64,000 nt of DNA from Dehalococcoidia bacterium (GTDB lineage: Bacteria > Chloroflexota > Dehalococcoidia > Lucifugimonadales > UBA2985), in assembly GCA_965218945.1 (NCBI GenBank), contig OZ244718.1, forward strand, positions 3,005,700 to 3,069,699, in the 5' to 3' direction. Positions 61,703-64,000 of this stretch are shown piece by piece (position 1 is the first letter of the stretch; the number at the start of each line of letters is the position of its first letter). The position numbers were made by a program, and so were the translations under genes. Under the pieces are notes generated by a model. It was not told the DNA's origin and did not search any database. It worked only from the letters and a program-made list of their open reading frames with translations.

Positions 61703-64000
61703 TTACCTAAGGTCATCTGTATCTCTCGCAGCTACGACATCGACAGCGGCCAGCAATACAACGTCGTTTGGATGGCGCAACGTTGTGCATCGGGCAGCAA
61801 GCTCGTCTTCAGCGCACTCAAGTAGCAGTTTCAACAATTCCCGTCGCTCTTGTGGGCTTGTCGCTGGAATATCCCCAGGGGTCATTGCTGGTTCGGTGAA
61901 CATGCTGGCGAAAAACTGTGGATTGACATGGGGAACGTTTGAGCCGGTTGGAAGGAAGATTGGTACTAGTGCCTCCCACCTTGGGATACCCTGATCGTTC
62001 TGCCAGCGGATTCGAACGAGGCCTAATGTGCCGTCCTCTCTTCCTTGGATACAGGCATATTCTCCCTTGAACTCCGGTGACTTGGCTTTCTCAATCAGAT
62101 CTGTGAAGAATACACTAGCAAAATCCATTGGAACTAAATTGGGGACTCGCACTGCCAATTGCCTGTCAATTGTGACGCGAACGACAGTTGCGCGTTCAGG
62201 AAACTCAGAATGTCTCCCACGCATTTCCGCTGGCAATTCCAATTCAAGTACCCGCCCACCGTACATTCTGGACCGGATCGAAATGCCAACCATTGGAAGA
62301 ATGCCTTCCAGAAAAGATAACACCTCTTCCTGGCCAAATGAGTAGAGCGCTGCCCCTGCGTCTGGATCGTAACCCTCGACTTTCGAGAATAGCGCTTCTT
62401 GTTGAGACTTAGCTTCCATGGCTCGCATTATAGCCTCGTCAACTTCTTGTTCAGAGTGGTGCAGGTCCATGGTCTTGTTCCTAGCCAAAATCGAAGCAAC
62501 ATCCACGCGCTCTAGCAATTCCCCAATGATCTCCGTCTCGATGCCCTCTACGTATTCGGCACTAACGCTTGCCATGTCATTTGCTATGTTGTAAACGCGG
62601 TCAAGCATCATGCTCAGGGTCATGTTATCAAACCCATCTCTGGCCATCAGATTGAAGACTATTACTCGTTCCTGTTGTCCGTATCGATATAGCCGGCCCG
62701 CACGCTGCACGAGGCGGCTAGGATTCCACGGCAGGTCGTAGTTCACGAGAATGTGGCAGTTCTCGTGCAAGTTAATGCCTTCACCTCCAGCTTCCGTAGA
62801 GATCATGAACTGACAACTATCGTTAAATCTGGCGATGTTTTCCCTCTTCACACTCAGTGACATGCTGCCATTGATCTGACTAATGCCTGACTTCGGATAA
62901 CGAATCCTGAGTGCTTCTGCGAGATATTCCTGAGTAGCTCGATATTCTGTAAATATGAGTAGCCGCTTGCCTTCCCTCCGAAGAGGATCAACAATATGCT
63001 CTAGGAATTCCTTTAACTTGAGGTCCTCGCTTCTCACCTGTTTCGCCAGAGCGATCAGGTCTGCGATTTGGTGTTGCTCGTCATCAAAGAACGGATTAGC
63101 TCCTGCAAAGGAACCTGCAATCTGGTCGGCCAAGTCTTCTAAATCATCCTGTTGGTCAGAGCCTTCCTCAACAATCTCATTTATTTCTCCAAATTCAGTC
63201 TCAGTTATGCGATTCGTGCTGGCGTCTCCTAGCAGACGTTCTCTTCTTCGCTCTAAGGCTTTCTCGATTGCGGCGATGCTTGAAGATGCGAGCTTGCGAT
63301 ACGTGGTCATCACGAATCCTATGGCGCGTCCTGTAGTGCCTCCTTCTGCCGCAGCGCTATAGCCAAGCCTTAGATAATCCTGAAGGTACCTGTCGAATTG
63401 CAGAGCCTCGTCCGACATTGGAACGTCCACTAGACTAGTGTCCTGACCACGAAAAATGAAATTGCCATTGGCATCCGTAACTAGGCTTTTGCGATTACGT
63501 AGGACAACCTCTGCCACGACAGAAGGATCGGAGAAGACATACTTAAAGCGCCTAGCCAGATCGGGTCGCAGTAACACTAGCAAATTGACGAACTGAGGTG
63601 TTCTACCCTGGTGTGGTGTTCCAGTGAGAAAGAAAAGTGAGTCAGGCTGCTTTTGCAGCCTTTCCGCCAACTGGTATCGTTGAGTCACGGGTTGATGTTC
63701 AATCTTGCTCAGGTGATGTGCTTCGTCGAAAACAATGACGTCCCAGTCTCCAGACTCTGAGAAGATGGGCCCGTGCACATCTGACTTGGCACGGTCTATG
63801 GAGGCGATTACCCTGTCGAAGCCTGCCCAGTGAGAGGGCTGATGGATGCTGAAGTCTATACCGTAGATTCGATAGTCCTCATTGAATTTATACTTCATTT
63901 CATCCTGCCATTGGCGAACAACCCCGGCGGGACAGACTATCAGTACCCGCCGACCTTGGCGGCGGCGCTTCATAGCTGTAAGCAGAAGTCCGACCTCTAT
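61703..64000 (-). CDS. SNF2-family helicase (N-terminus beyond window edge) with uncharacterised ~250-aa C-terminal domain
   Basis: VIVFDEAHHL (DEAH), FFLTGTPHQG, and helicase-C NLHENCHILVNYDLPWNPSRLVQRAGRLYRYGQ. The frame remains open upstream of the track Met (…IEVGLLLTAMKRRR), so the gene continues past 64000. Confidence 0.8.
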   Translation of the reverse strand: MEVGLLLTAMKRRRQGRRVLIVCPAGVVRQWQDEMKYKFNEDYRIYGIDFSIHQPSHWAGFDRVIASIDRAKSDVHGPIFSESGDWDVIVFDEAHHLSKIEHQPVTQRYQLAERLQKQPDSLFFLTGTPHQGRTPQFVNLLVLLRPDLARRFKYVFSDPSVVAEVVLRNRKSLVTDANGNFIFRGQDTSLVDVPMSDEALQFDRYLQDYLRLGYSAAAEGGTTGRAIGFVMTTYRKLASSSIAAIEKALERRRERLLGDASTNRITETEFGEINEIVEEGSDQQDDLEDLADQIAGSFAGANPFFDDEQHQIADLIALAKQVRSEDLKLKEFLEHIVDPLRREGKRLLIFTEYRATQEYLAEALRIRYPKSGISQINGSMSLSVKRENIARFNDSCQFMISTEAGGEGINLHENCHILVNYDLPWNPSRLVQRAGRLYRYGQQERVIVFNLMARDGFDNMTLSMMLDRVYNIANDMASVSAEYVEGIETEIIGELLERVDVASILARNKTMDLHHSEQEVDEAIMRAMEAKSQQEALFSKVEGYDPDAGAALYSFGQEEVLSFLEGILPMVGISIRSRMYGGRVLELELPAEMRGRHSEFPERATVVRVTIDRQLAVRVPNLVPMDFASVFFTDLIEKAKSPEFKGEYACIQGREDGTLGLVRIRWQNDQGIPRWEALVPIFLPTGSNVPHVNPQFFASMFTEPAMTPGDIPATSPQERRELLKLLLECAEDELAARCTTLRHPNDVVLLAAVDVVAARDTDDLR

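Overview
GC-rich bacterial chromosomal window. The gene content would fit a Chloroflexota-like organism, but that cannot be proven from this sequence.

**1-37 kb: mostly core genome.**
- A dnaA-obg-nadD-pyrE block, with gene orientation switching at dnaA, so this is a probable origin neighbourhood.
- fmt, rplY, and an Rrf2 / ThiF-MoeB / cysteine-synthase operon.
- Two acyl-CoA dehydrogenases, an orphan Mo-hydroxylase large subunit, and a collagen-like lipoprotein.
- An 11-gene nuoABCDHIJKLMN operon lacking nuoEFG.
- Small, AT-richer accessory insertions in this core:
  - a Dam-type R-M pair next to an IS1595 transposase relic;
  - a Fic gene;
  - an 819-bp single-ORF element with terminal inverted repeats and a 7-bp direct duplication;
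  - DUF3800 plus GIY-YIG genes;
  - clusters of MITE-like hairpin repeats.

**37.1-61.6 kb: a defence/mobile island.** Three diverged copies of an ~80-nt sequence mark its edges and one internal boundary.
- Module A (37.2-44.2 kb) holds an XRE-HTH plus ImmA/IrrE pair (CapH/CapP-like). It is divergent from a six-gene minus-strand array:
  - a ubiquitin-like beta-grasp protein, an E1-like protein and a DUF6527 protein;
  - then patatin (CapV-like), a CD-NTase and a Cap2-like E2/E1 fusion;
  - no Cap3/JAB gene is present.
- This composite Ubl-conjugation plus CBASS array is the most interesting candidate system in the window.
- Module B (44.3-61.5 kb) holds:
  - AbiEi/AbiEii;
  - a four-gene cluster of a 1341-aa N6-adenine methyltransferase, an unknown 246-aa protein, a PLD-SNF2 nuclease-helicase and an unknown HExxH protein;
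  - a replication-relaxation protein;
  - an RHH gene;
  - a SIR2-like gene bracketed by a ~150-nt duplication of the RHH/recombinase junction;
  - a large serine recombinase.
- A second SNF2 helicase runs off the right edge of the window.

No rRNA, intact tRNA or CRISPR array was recognised. Many long ORFs in the track are antisense artefacts of GC-rich genes.
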